Assembly: GCA_964016885.1 (NCBI GenBank)
Contig: OZ024744.1
Span: 6,510,001 to 6,574,000 of the forward strand
Direction: 5' to 3'
DNA from: Eledone cirrhosa
Taxonomy: Eukaryota
Length of the DNA: 64,000 bases
Made by a program: the position numbers and the translations under genes. The number at the start of each line of letters is the position of its first letter. Position 1 is the stretch's first letter. The notes beneath the pieces are model-generated. The model was given only the letters and a program-made list of their open reading frames with translations, was not told the DNA's origin and did not search any database. Shown here one piece after another: positions 11,851-23,535 of this stretch.

Positions 11851-13857
11851 CATGAGGATAGAGAAAAAACCCTCAATGCCCATATGGTGATGTGGACAAA
11901 TATAATGCAGCCCAACAAAAGGACTGCCAACAACTTCCAGGCCTGGAACAATGACGTGCCGGCGTTGTATGGGCTTCGAAAAGACCATAAAACGGGCTGG
12001 GACCCTGTCGCGGGACCACCAACACGGCCAGTCTGTGGGGCTAACATTGCTAGTAACTACAGACTGTCCTACTTCCTCTCCCTGATCATACGCCCCATCA
12101 TTGAGATGTCCCCAGATGTGTGTGACAGCACGGAGGACCTCCTCAGCAGAATCGGCGCGGGTAACCGATCTGGGGACCTAACAAACTGCATAATAGGCAG
12201 TATGGATGTTGTGTCCCTGTATCCATCTATTGACGTGGATTTTGCTGTGGAGAAATGCGTCGAAATGATCAGCGAGAGCAAGGTTGAGTTCCGTGGGATT
12301 GATACCAGTGAGCTGGGACTTCTACTTAAGCTTACCCATAGTAATAGTTACCTAGACACTTATGACCTTAGCAACCTGTGCCCTACAAGACCAGCAAGAG
12401 GCAGACCACCTACCATTACCTCAATGGCCAAGAAAACCCACACAGATAGATGGAACGGGTGGACCAGAGCCATACGGACACCCGAAAACCACGATGAACT
12501 GAAGAAAATGATTGCACATGCGGTAGGGGCCAGCATAAAATTAACCCTTAAGGAACATATGTTCAAATTTAATGGTAAAACATATGCCCAAGAGGAAGGA
12601 GCAGCCATTGGTGTTAGCATTGCAGGCGACATAGCTAACTTGTTCATGGTATGGTGGGACAGTAGACTTAAACAAAAACTTAAAGAACAATTAGAAGACA
12701 GCTTAACCCTGATAATGTACTCCCGCTACGTAGATGATATAAACATCGTAGTTAAGACACCCCCACTAAAGAACAGTCAGGAACCAGAGAAAAACACAAT
12801 GGAAAGCATCCAGCAAATAGCAAACTCCATCCACCAGAGCATTAGAGTTACTATAGACTACCCAAGTAGACACCCCAACCATCGATTACCTGTACTAGAC
12901 ACAGAGCTCTGGTTAGATACTATTAACAACCAAAAACAAATCCTCCATTCCCATTATGCCAAACCCATGACTTCCAAACATCTGATCCACCGAAACTCGG
13001 CCATTTCGGACCATACCAAAATCAACATACTGATTGCGGATTTGATACGGGTGATGAGAAATGTGTCCCGCATGTGCAACCCTGAAGAACTAGAGAGACA
13101 CATACAACACTTCATCCACCGTATGCAGTTCTCTGGCTACAATCAGAGAGATAGAATCAGAGTGTATAAAGGAGCCAGAACCAAATGGGAAAAAATGGTA
13201 AATAATGACATAAATGGGACCTGCCCCTTGTATAGGAGCAAATTTTGGAATAGAATAGAAAGAACTAAGAACAAGGCCAATAGAATAAACTCATGGTATG
13301 ATAGCAATAAATACCAGAGTGTAATGTTCATCAATACAACCCCTAGAGGCGAACTAGCCTACAAATTTAGAAGGGCCCTAAAGAAACATAATCTCAATAT
13401 TAAGATAGTAGAAAGACCTGGTACCTCCGTAAAAACACTTATTAGCAAGACATACCCGTTCCAAAGACCCTCATGTATAGATAAGAAATGTATAACCTGT
13501 AAAATAAGCCCCCATATTAACTGTAAAACTAGAAATGTAGTATATAGCATAAGAAGTACTGAAGGACAATGTAGAAACAAAAATATAGTGTACATAGGTG
13601 AGACAGCTCGTAGTATAGGGGAACGAATAAATGAACACTGGCGAGACCTCCAAGATAGTAAAGAATCATCTGTGCTCTACCAACATGCTAAGATAGAACA
13701 CAGGGGTAAATTAGAGAGCATAGAAATAAAAATAGAATCCACACACAAGAAAGACGCAATGTTTAGGCAAATTACAGAGGCAGTAAGCATAAAAGAATTA
13801 AAACCAAAATTAAATAGAAAATATGAGTGGAACAGCAACATCACAACTTACAATTAA
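11845..13857 (+). CDS. PLE reverse transcriptase plus C-terminal GIY-YIG endonuclease (5'-truncated, uninterrupted 670 aa)
   Basis: LYGLRKDHK, RPV, SMDVVSLYPSI, QEEGAAIG, RYVDD, LPVLD; Cys-rich linker CIDKKCITC; VVY..YIGETARSIGERINEH; FRQITEA..LN. Confidence 0.9.
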   Translation: MYHEDREKTLNAHMVMWTNIMQPNKRTANNFQAWNNDVPALYGLRKDHKTGWDPVAGPPTRPVCGANIASNYRLSYFLSLIIRPIIEMSPDVCDSTEDLLSRIGAGNRSGDLTNCIIGSMDVVSLYPSIDVDFAVEKCVEMISESKVEFRGIDTSELGLLLKLTHSNSYLDTYDLSNLCPTRPARGRPPTITSMAKKTHTDRWNGWTRAIRTPENHDELKKMIAHAVGASIKLTLKEHMFKFNGKTYAQEEGAAIGVSIAGDIANLFMVWWDSRLKQKLKEQLEDSLTLIMYSRYVDDINIVVKTPPLKNSQEPEKNTMESIQQIANSIHQSIRVTIDYPSRHPNHRLPVLDTELWLDTINNQKQILHSHYAKPMTSKHLIHRNSAISDHTKINILIADLIRVMRNVSRMCNPEELERHIQHFIHRMQFSGYNQRDRIRVYKGARTKWEKMVNNDINGTCPLYRSKFWNRIERTKNKANRINSWYDSNKYQSVMFINTTPRGELAYKFRRALKKHNLNIKIVERPGTSVKTLISKTYPFQRPSCIDKKCITCKISPHINCKTRNVVYSIRSTEGQCRNKNIVYIGETARSIGERINEHWRDLQDSKESSVLYQHAKIEHRGKLESIEIKIESTHKKDAMFRQITEAVSIKELKPKLNRKYEWNSNITTYN

Positions 13858-14154
13858 GGACAAAATGAAAACACACACACACATAGAACAAACAACTTAC
13901 AATTGAAAACACACACAAAATGAAAACACACACAAGACAAAATGAAAACACACACACACATAGAACAAACAACCAACCAACAATAAATAAATAAATAAAC
14001 AAACAAATATAAATAGAAAAATAGAAAAATGAACACAAACACACACAGACACCCGGATGTGGCGCATGCGCAAACTGAGCACGCAACCCACACACAAACA
14101 AAATGGCGTAGGATAGAAGAAAGGAAAGGCACAGAAACGAAGAAAGAAATCCCC

Positions 14155-14199
14155 AGTCACTGAAGAGGTCACAGAGTGTGTGACGAAAGAACTATGACT
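14155..14199 (+). ncRNA. Type I hammerhead ribozyme (PLE family 1, right arm)
   Basis: agtca CTGAAGA g gtcaca gagtg tgtgac GAAA gaac TA tgact. Helix I agtca/tgact, 6-bp helix II, minimal helix III. Confidence 0.8.
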
Positions 14200-14361
14200 A
14201 TATATATATAAACAACTATCTGGTTGTGGAACCAACCAACCAACCAGAAATTTATAAATTTGTAAATTTATAAATATATATTAAATTAAATTGAAGTGAA
14301 AGCAACTGGTGCGTGTGTTTCTTATTGGCAACATGACCCTCCCAAAGTATAACAATATATA

Positions 14362-14408
<47 letters not shown>

Positions 14409-14560
14409 CATCTCACGAATGAAACAGTTCTTGTCCTGTAGAAACGTTTCTATATTAAATATTTATACTCTGATATGTATTGAGTACCTTACTTACTGTA
14501 ATTACCCCCGATTGAACACAGATGTGCATATATCTGTGTTTATCTCTCTTTATTATATTG

Positions 14561-14661
<101 letters not shown>

Positions 14662-14664
14662 TTA

Positions 14665-15069
14665 TATACAATCATATTAAATAAATGGAAACTATATTTA
14701 TAAAACCAGATTTATTCTATTATGTTGGTACGCTATCATCAGATAAAATACAAAATGTTTTATAAATATTTGAGATGGCCATAACAGTTCAAGTTATCTC
14801 TGGAAAGGGGATAACTTGAACCGTTAAGGTATATTATCCTTGGTCATGTCAAATATTTATAAAACATTTTGTATTTTATCTGATGATAGCGTACCAACAT
14901 TTTTGGTACCCTTGAAATATATATAATAGAATAAATATGGTTTTATAAATATAGTTTCATTTATTTAATATCATTGAATACTTACTCCAAAAATCTGTCG
15001 AGTGCTCTGAATCAGTTGTAAACATCTATATTTGTTGGATTTCCAACAAATTAAATAACTCTTCTACTT
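14665..15069. mobile_element. Short fold-back related to the PLE family 2 terminus
   Basis: Inverted arms about 14665-14773 and 14849-14980, plus about 90-nt tail. Similar to 29040-29240. (TA)n on both sides. Confidence 0.7.
14874..14928 (+). ncRNA. Hammerhead-like motif (family 2-related)
   Basis: ttttat CTGATGA tagc gtacca acatttt tggtac cctt GAAA tata TA taata. Helix I is weak. Confidence 0.55.
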
Positions 15070-16159
15070 ATATATATATATATATAATTCATTTTGAGAT
15101 ATATATAATTATATATATATATATATATAATTATATATATATATATATAATTATATATATATATATATATATCTGTTAGAACACGAAAAGTGTGAAACAC
15201 AGAATGTTCACTTTTCGTGTTCTAACATATATGCCTAGCTTCTTTAAAAAATTTTCGGGGATAGCCGTGGTGGTGATCGTATGTGATTGGCTAATTTTCA
15301 ACCAATCAGAGTACCTCTCTCTATATCTCTTCCACTGTTACTTACGCCTGTTTCTCTCTATCTGTTCCGTCTCTATTTATATCTCTTACTCTTTCGCTTT
15401 GCACTCCTCCCCTTCAATACCATCTCTCCCCCTCTCTATATATTTGTTACTCTATCGCTGCACGCTCCTCTCCTTCAATATATCAATTACACACGCTTTA
15501 CACTCCTTTATCCCCAGCGCCCCTATATATACACCCCCTCTCCCGCATCTATATTTTAATGTACCGTTGCACCGTGAATACATGTGTCTATATATATATA
15601 TACATATATATTGTATATACACATTCATGTATGTGTATACACACTCATGTATGTATATACACTGGTTTTATGTGTGTATTGTAAATTTGTACTGTTAAAA
15701 CACGAAACTAACATTCGATTGACACTTTGATTACCTGTACAGGCAATAGTTATTAGAATGCTGTTGAAGTGTGTATATATTTTTGGGGGACATCCTGTAT
15801 ATACACACATTATATATAATACAATAAACAGATAAATACACACATATATATATGAGCTTATTTAATTATAAATATTGTGAATTTTTAACTCAGTTCAATT
15901 ATATATATAAATGGCTTCTACAGGACTAGAACTGTTTCATTCGAAAGAAATCATCATAATATTGAGATGGGGGACTAGATAAAATATTTCAAATCAAATG
16001 TGTATAAGTTATAAGTTAAAATGTATAAATAGAGACGATAGTGGAGGTATATCTGTTTAGTGGAACAGTAGACGATAGAATTAAATACAGACGATAATCT
16101 CCCTTTAATGAAACAGCAGACGATAGAATTAAGGCAATTTAAATTTTAAGCATTTGCAT

Positions 16160-16215
16160 TTTTGCCTTTCATCGTTACGGGGTCGATAAAATAAAGTACC
16201 AGTAATACACTGTCA
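16160..16215 (+). mobile_element. SINE core fragment
   Basis: tttgcctttcatcgttacggggtcgataaaataaagtaccagta, shared with the full copies. Confidence 0.7.
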
Positions 16216-16359
16216 CTAGACGACTTTCAAATTGAATTGTTGGTTCCATTTCTTTAGTATTTTCAATTGTAGTTATCTACTTAAAAAGCGTTACACGGTT
16301 AGAGACATAATTCGTAAGTTATATCTTCCCTATTAAACCATTGCATTATTTCGCCTACA

Positions 16360-16551
16360 GGGCGGTGAATTGGCAGTATCGGTAGAGGGTTGGACGCCAT
16401 GCTTTCTAGCATAGTTACGTCCCTTTACAGTCTGAGTTCAAATCCCGCCGAGGTTAACTTTGCCTTTCATCCTTACGGGGTCGATAAAATAAAGTACCAG
16501 TAATGTACTGGGTAATTTGCTGGCCTTGTGCCTAAAGTAGAAACAATTATT
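16360..16551 (+). mobile_element. tRNA-derived SINE (Meta-domain-like core)
   Basis: A-box-like tggcagtatcggtaga, B-box gagttcaaatcc, core gcctttcatccttacggggtcgataaaataaagtaccag. Multiple copies in the window. Confidence 0.85.
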
Positions 16552-16777
16552 TCGCCTACAATAGAACAAAAATGAAATGTTCTTTAAAGAAACAGGAATA
16601 TAACTTTATAAAAAAAAAAGTTGCATCCGCTTCTTTTATCATTGATAATTTTTTCGTTTTAATATTAATTGTTTTTTGCAGTTGTTTATATTAAAAATCT
16701 TACTGTAATATTTACTTAAACGAAGGCAAACATCTAAACTTATAGATTAATCTTGAGCGAAGGACTAGATAAATCTC

Positions 16778-16858
<81 letters not shown>

Positions 16859-17249
16859 GAAGAATGATAACATTTCAAGCAAAGAGTTTAATTAGGTATA
16901 TTTTGTAATATTATTAACTAATTATTATAATTAACGCGCATATTTTGCTATCCTCAAACACGTTTACACATGGCATGAAATATAACTAATCCGAGATGGC
17001 TAGGTTTCATCTTCTAACTGGATAAACGAAATCCATTATGTCTTGACAACAACATGAGGTAACATTATGTTATTCACAGACACACTTTGTACACTGTTCC
17101 ATATCAGAATGTATTTCCTTCGTCACATTCACAAACAGTATTGAAAATATGTTCTTCGGCAAATAAAAATGTTTTGTTCATAATATTTCAACTAGCGATT
17201 GCTCTACTCCACGCACGACCACCATAAATTAATGACCAGCTCAACACAA

Positions 17250-17421
17250 GTATTGGTAGAGCGTCAGACACCATGCTTTGCAGTATTGTTATGGTCCTTT
17301 GCATTCTAAGTTCAAATCCTGCCGAGGTTAACTTCGACTTTCATACTTACTAATTCGATAAAATAAAGTACCAGTAATGGACTGCCGTAATGGATTTGTG
17401 CTGAAAAATAGAAACACTATT
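17250..17421 (+). mobile_element. tRNA-derived SINE, diverged copy
   Basis: ggtagagcgtcagacaccatgc..aagttcaaatcctgccgaggttaac..cgataaaataaagtaccag. Confidence 0.8.
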
Positions 17422-17972
17422 AATGTGCAATAAGAGCAAAATATAACGACATTGCTCAATTATTTTATCTAATGTTGTAATAACACAAGGAAATGTTGTT
17501 TGTGTATTTTTTTTTATATTTGCTCATAGGCTTTTACAATTTCGCTCAGCCAACAACTATTAAAAAGTGAGTTGCTTAAGATAACAATTTAATCACAAAT
17601 TGTTGCTATCTTTTAATACACTCCAACAAGTCATCAAATTATGTACAATAAAAACAAATCTTATTAATTTGCTCAGGGAATATAAAGAAAATGTATATAC
17701 ACTGATAATTGCAATTGTATGTAAATATTTTGTTTTTGTATTGTATATTTTATGTTTTCTATTATGTATAATATATTGATTTAATATTGATTGTTTTTTG
17801 TAGTTGTTTATATTAAAAGTCTGAAAATATTTTTATACATCTTACACTAATATTTATAAGATAATTTATAATAACAATTACATAATCTAATTACATTACA
17901 ACGATAATTTATTATTAATATATATCCTGTTTAACTAGAGTTATTACAAGCGTTGCCTTAAAAAAATATTAA

Positions 17973-18929
17973 ACTAGACATGAAAAATGCGCAAGCTCAA
18001 AAGTGCCACAGAATGTTATAATAAACCTTCAAAAGTGTGGGACTAGAGTTGTTGCTAAAAAATATTGTAATCATTATATATCGTACATTCTGTGGCATCC
18101 TTTATAAAAATAGCTTAAAACAACGAAGCCTTTATTTTTACGCTATTTCACTTAGTTAATTCTTAGAGTGTAACATATAAAAATAAATACATCTATGTTT
18201 AATGTAATAACAGCTATAAATAATTACGTAATATTATTATCATATACTCATAGTAACAAAATAATTGTGTTGAAACTTAATATGATGCTTATATGAACGA
18301 TCAAATCTATAATGATAATTTCTTAAATATACTAATAGTAAAATAATTTAGTTATCTATTGTTACATTTTCATAGAACTATAATATTAACAATCGTATTG
18401 CATTATCAAATTTTTATCACTACAAACTTTCATATTGGAATTACCTTAAGCCACTTATTATTACTTCGCTTTCGTACTTTTACAGCTGTAGATATTGCGC
18501 TGTATCTTATATCTAATATCAATATCTCGTGGTAATTTGCATGAAGTGTAAAATAGGTTTATTAATAACTTTAATATGAAATGTATTATACAGGGCTGCG
18601 GAGTCGGTCAAAAATTGACTGGCTCCAACTCAGGATCCGATACTCCATTATTTCCTAAATTTCAGCTCCGCAGCTCTGTTATTATATTAATTAATTTATT
18701 TTATAGTTGTAAATCATATTTTTATATGTTACACTCTAAGAATTAACTAAGTGAAATAGCGTAAAAATAAAGGCTTCGTTGGTTTAAGCTATTTTTATAA
18801 AGGATGCCACAGAATGTAGCTTATATAATGATTACAATATTTTTTAGCAACAACTCTAGTCCCACACTTTTGAAGGTTTATTATAACATTCTGTGGCACT
18901 TTTGAGCTTGCGCATTTTTCATGTCTAGT
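17973..18929. mobile_element. Fold-back or MITE-like element with about 213-bp inverted repeats
   Basis: 17973-18185 is the near-perfect reverse complement of 18717-18929. Confidence 0.75.
18591..18678. mobile_element. Tiny hAT-like MITE nested in the fold-back
   Basis: TIRs cagggctgcggag / ctccgcagctctg; 8-bp flanks gtattata / ttattata (7/8 match). Confidence 0.6.
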
Positions 18930-18951
18930 ATATATATGTGTGTGTGTGTGT

Positions 18952-19012
18952 GGTGACAGTCAAGTTTGCAATTTTCAACTGACAGTTGAAAATTGCAAAC
19001 TTGACTGTCACC
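18952..19012. repeat. Perfect 61-bp hairpin (30-bp arms, 1-nt loop)
   Basis: ggtgacagtcaagtttgcaattttcaactg a cagttgaaaattgcaaacttgactgtcacc. Confidence 0.95.
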
Positions 19013-19020
19013 TCACATTA

Positions 19021-19059
19021 TGAACCTGAAGATTGCGAAAGCATGAAAGTACTTGTTCA
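19021..19059 (+). ncRNA. Type I minimal hammerhead ribozyme
   Basis: tgaac CTGAAGA t-tgc gaaa gca-t GAAA gtac TT gttca. Helix I tgaac/gttca, GAAA-capped helix II, palindromic GTAC helix III. Confidence 0.8.
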
Positions 19060-19170
19060 ATTAACACTTAACATTTAATATTCTACCATACTATTTCATT
19101 CTAATACCATTATAAATTTTAAAGGATTGTAAATAAAACGAGTAAATCAGACAAAGTTGGAATCCTTTTA

Positions 19171-19258
<88 letters not shown>

Positions 19259-19259
<1 letters not shown>

Positions 19260-20174
19260 CATAATCGGAGAAAGCTAATAGCGATACTCCGGCCAAATCC
19301 CAACTCACTCAACAAACATTAGGAAATACCTGAGTATATTCCCAATTAAACGTTCGGGGTGCTAACTAATTGTATTGTGGAAAATCGGCTGTATTATTTC
19401 AAATGAGATATATCAAATATATCATTTCCTAGACGACTCGTTTCATTATAATATTTCTACAAGTTGGATGAAATTATACCAAATTATGTAGAAACTTGTA
19501 TAAGATCAACAGATACTTACTCAAGTGGGCTCTTAACCAAATCAACATCAATATTTAGCGATAATCACCATCAGAGCTTGAGGGAGCTGCTAGGTTGTTA
19601 GTCCAGCAGTTCTAAAGAAAATCTCTCACTGTCTCGAAAATAGGAGGAAGAAGACTACCGCCAAAAAACAAGACATGCGCAGGTCAATGAACGCTGAAAA
19701 GAATTCAAGCCACGTGCTAGAACTCAATTGGATATGAAAAAAATAATCATATGTGGGCATCGCTTGATGACACATATAGATATTTTCCCGGGTAAAATAA
19801 TAGAATGAGATACAAGAACAAACAATCAATATTTATATAAAAAATAAACAAAGAGAGTCATACCTTATATCGGGAAAGTTCATATCTGTTGCTCCAAGAG
19901 TAAATATATAAACACATAATCGGAGAAAGCTAATTGCGATACTCCGGCCAAATTCCAACTCGCTCAACAAACATTAGGAAATACCTGAGTATATTCCCAA
20001 TTAAACGTTCGGGGTGCTAACTATTGGCTGTATCATTTCATATGAGATATATCAAATATATCACTTCCTAGACGACTCGTTTCATGATAAGATTTCTACA
20101 AGTTGGGTGAAAATATACCAAATTATGTAGAAGCTTGTATAAGATCAACAGATACTTACTCAAGTGGGCTCTTA
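19259..20174. repeat. Direct repeat of about 270 bp, period about 655 bp
   Basis: 19259-19535 matches 19914-20174. Confidence 0.85.
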
Positions 20175-20559
20175 TAATCCTTATAATTCTATATATCAAA
20201 ATGAATTAACGGTGTTAGATAATTTGTTGTATATCGAATTATCGTTGATACGCAATGGTAATTATCTATGTATATTCATCAATGACGTATGCTGTTTCTA
20301 TCACGTTAAAAATGGATAAATATTTTGTTGTCTGGCTTTTCTAATACTTCTGGCAGAGAAGAAATTAGAAAACTTTTATATTATAAAGAAATACTTGAGA
20401 ATTGATTTTTCGGCGTCTTAACATTTTATGGTGAATATAGCCCCCTTTCGTGTGCTGAACGAAGTGTATTGGTCCTCTGAAAAATGACATTTACACTCGC
20501 GTATACGTCACACAGGTAGATGAATCACAACTCTATATAACATTTTACATATTAGTGTG

Positions 20560-20990
20560 AGTGTATTGAACAATAGTCTTGACTGTGTTAATTGGACGAC
20601 AAGGTCACTTCAGAAGCTCTCTACATTCCAGAACCACATCATGAGACTTATGACTGGCAACTGACTCAGCGACCTCATCTGTATCAGTGAGATGCTCAAC
20701 ATTACCAGACTTAGACCAATTACATCAATTGTCAAGTCAAGAGTACTCAAACTATGCTGCCATATAAAAAGATCAACTCGTGGTGTGAGTAGGTTATGCC
20801 TGGAAGGAAGGATGGCTGGTGAGAGAAGCAGAGGCCGGCAGCCAAAACAATGGCTTGATAATGTCAACTTATCGGCTGGACTTGATCTTTGCTCCTTAAA
20901 CTCTGCTGCTGGTGATCGAACTTTGTGGAGAGAGAGATATCACATGTGGATGCGGAGTTTAGCGTCAGAAAGATTGAACAATGAAAAAAT
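20560..20990 (+). mobile_element. RTE-like LINE 3' fragment
   Basis: LKLCCHIKR..LEGRMAGERSRGRQPKQWLDNV..AGDRTLWR. Confidence 0.7.
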
Positions 20991-21579
20991 AAACTAAACT
21001 CAGAGATAGGTAGTTAATCAGTTCATTATTTTACGATCGATTTAAAAGGTTAATTGATTGTGGTAGATCAATATATCGACTAGTAGGTAGTGGATACGTC
21101 GCTACTTGATTCTAGTTTCGAAATCCCTGATCATCCAACCATATTTACTTGTAACATTGAAGATAAACCATGTATTTCGTATTATAATTGTGTAAGTTCA
21201 CTACATAAGTTGTGTCTTGCTTTTCTATATAGTAATTCCGTGGAAAGAAAATACGACTTATACACCTGTATATTCGTTTTGTTATGATTCAAATGCAATT
21301 ATCTCTAAATTAACATAATTAGGTGGCTTAATTATTTGGTTTGGGTGGTATCGGTGTTGTCCTACTGGCTAGGGGTCTGTGGGATTGTAATTACGAGATA
21401 CATTTCTCTAATTATAGTCACGTAACTGTATGGTTAAACCGTTTGCTGAGAAAACATGTGATTAGCAAGTTCAACTCCACTGCGCCGGTCATTAGGTTTC
21501 ACATATATGATATTGGCTTCAAACACGTGTTATACCATGCAGTTAAGATTTTGTAAGCAGAAACTGTGCATATAAAGAA

Positions 21580-21580
<1 letters not shown>

Positions 21581-21655
<75 letters not shown>
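21581..21655. repeat. (GAAA)n microsatellite
   Basis: Direct reading of the sequence. Confidence 0.95.
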
Positions 21656-21656
<1 letters not shown>

Positions 21657-21829
21657 GGAAAATAAAAGGTAAGAAGACTGAAATCATTGAATCAGTATTA
21701 GAGTTTATAAAGAAGTTATTTGTTCATTACATGAGAGTGACTCCACCCCACCCGAAGACGGTGTCATTTCTTGCTACACCGTGACTTTTAATTCATGCTA
21801 TCGTATTAAGGCTGAGGTGTCAATTGATC

Positions 21830-23320
21830 AGCATCTAGGTATCTGAAATTTGAGACTAACTAAAGCCAAGGAAGCCCATAAAACTCGAAGGCCCAGAGCT
21901 AACTACAAGATGTAGTTAGAAGCGTTGGCAGATAAAAAAAAGTCAAGGACAAGTCTGCAGATACTATTATATCCAAATACGAGACTCCCTGAGCAAACTG
22001 AGGATGGTGAAGCGGAGTAGAGACTGCTCAGCTCAGCGGTTTGGTTTTCAGCTACTAAATGCTATGGGCGGAATTAGCTTTGTGTGGCGGCGAGTGACAG
22101 AAGGAGCCCTTGGTTCAATCATGAGGTCAAAGAAAGAGGCATACAAACTTGGTTTAGAAAAAAAATCCCCCTTCTTGTATTTACGATACAAGCTGGGGCA
22201 AAAAATCGCAGCAGAGACAGTAGAGGCGTCCACAGGTAAGACATATGAATAATTTGGTATTAAATTGGAATCTGACTTCAGATCAGCAAATAAAGTTTTC
22301 TGACGGAATCTGTAATAAGAAGTCCTCCTCTGCACCTGCTATGAGGACCACGTCTGAGGTTTAGCTCTCTTCAAAGTGGATACTTTTCTGATATCCTAAA
22401 GCCGATCGCAACAGCATATTCTGATGTACACGAGGTGCATCTGTGAGCGATGAAGAACCTCTCAAATGCCGAGGTCCCAAGAGCAATTAAAGACCTCACA
22501 TGTAGCAAGACCATTATGGGGAAGGGGATAAACTTCGGTCCAGATGTTATAAGCCTTAAATAAAGAAGATATCATCTGGCAAGATCGCGTGTGCCGGGTG
22601 GCCTGAATTTCTCGAAAGTCACCTAAGTAAATCCAATCAGGGGTGATAATCCCAAAGATTTCTCCAATTATAGAGGGATACCCTTGTTAAGCATCATTAG
22701 TAAAGTCTCTGCTAAGTGTGTGGCAAAGAGATGTAGGGAGATTATCGAGTCCAAGTTAGCTGAGAAACAGTGTGATTTTTGCCCCGGACGCAGCAGAGCA
22801 GAAAAAATAATCACACTGTGGCAGATCCTCGAGAAATCGTGGGTGTATTGGCAAGAGGTGAATGTTTTTCCGTAAACCTTGAAAAGGAGTTCCACGAGAC
22901 CTACTGTAGAAAATTCTACAGGAGTATGGAATCCACGAACAGCTTGTTGTTGCCATGATGTTTTGTACGACTACCCTAGTATTTTGTATACAGATGGGTT
23001 GCTACCGAAGGAAAATTAGTGCTGCAATAACTGAGATACACGTCCTCAAACAACAGCCTGCGCAGTGCACTCTACATGTGAATGGAGGTCCACTGAAGCA
23101 GGTAGAGAAGTTCATCTATCTTGGGCTCATGCTCACGTGTGTTGGAAAGTAGGAGGTGGAATTAAGAGCAAGAATTGCTGGTACCGGCACTTTACTGGAC
23201 TAGAGTCAGCATTCAGTAATCAGAAGGGAGGTATCGGTGCCAACCCTTACCCATGGTCATGAATCTTGCGTAATAAACGAAAGAATACGATCGTTAGTAG
23301 AAGGGCTCAACATGGGTTTT
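21830..23320 (+). mobile_element. Heavily decayed RTE-like LINE fragment followed by (GAA)n
   Basis: NYRGIPLLSIISKV..IIESKLAEKQCDFCPGRS; LKQVEKFIYLG; PTLTHGHES. Confidence 0.7.
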
Positions 23321-23477
23321 GAGAAGAAGAAGAAGAAGAAGAAGAAGAAGAAGAAGAAGAAGAAGAAGAAGAAGAAGAAGAAACATGATATTCAGTTGAA
23401 CTGCATTTTACCTCGAGAAATAATCGTTAATTTTATCACTGATATTAACGATTCTATTTTAAAAACCATATTTATTT

Positions 23478-23535
23478 CATTATACATATTTCAGGGATAC
23501 CACATTAAATTATGGTATGCCTTCATCAGACAAAA
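23478..23535 (-). ncRNA. Hammerhead motif, PLE family 2, 3' repeat
   Basis: Reverse complement of 29051-29108. Confidence 0.6.

Larger units (their letters stand above)
9166..14358. mobile_element. Penelope-like element family 1, 5.2-kb head-to-head fold-back insertion
   Basis: Arms 9222-11528 and 12052-14358 are reverse complements (coordinate sum 23580). Both encode RT plus GIY-YIG; flanked by (TA)n. Confidence 0.93.

Noticed and set aside
15695-15799. Tc1/mariner TIR (tacaggatgtcccc on the minus strand)
   Set aside because: Only one end is visible, with no matching TIR or transposase.
15925-15960. HHR-like tgatga..gaaacagttc on the minus strand
   Set aside because: C3 is missing and helix I does not pair; a relic at most.
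16360-16450. tRNA gene
   Set aside because: A and B boxes are present but there is no cloverleaf, and it continues into a repeated SINE body.
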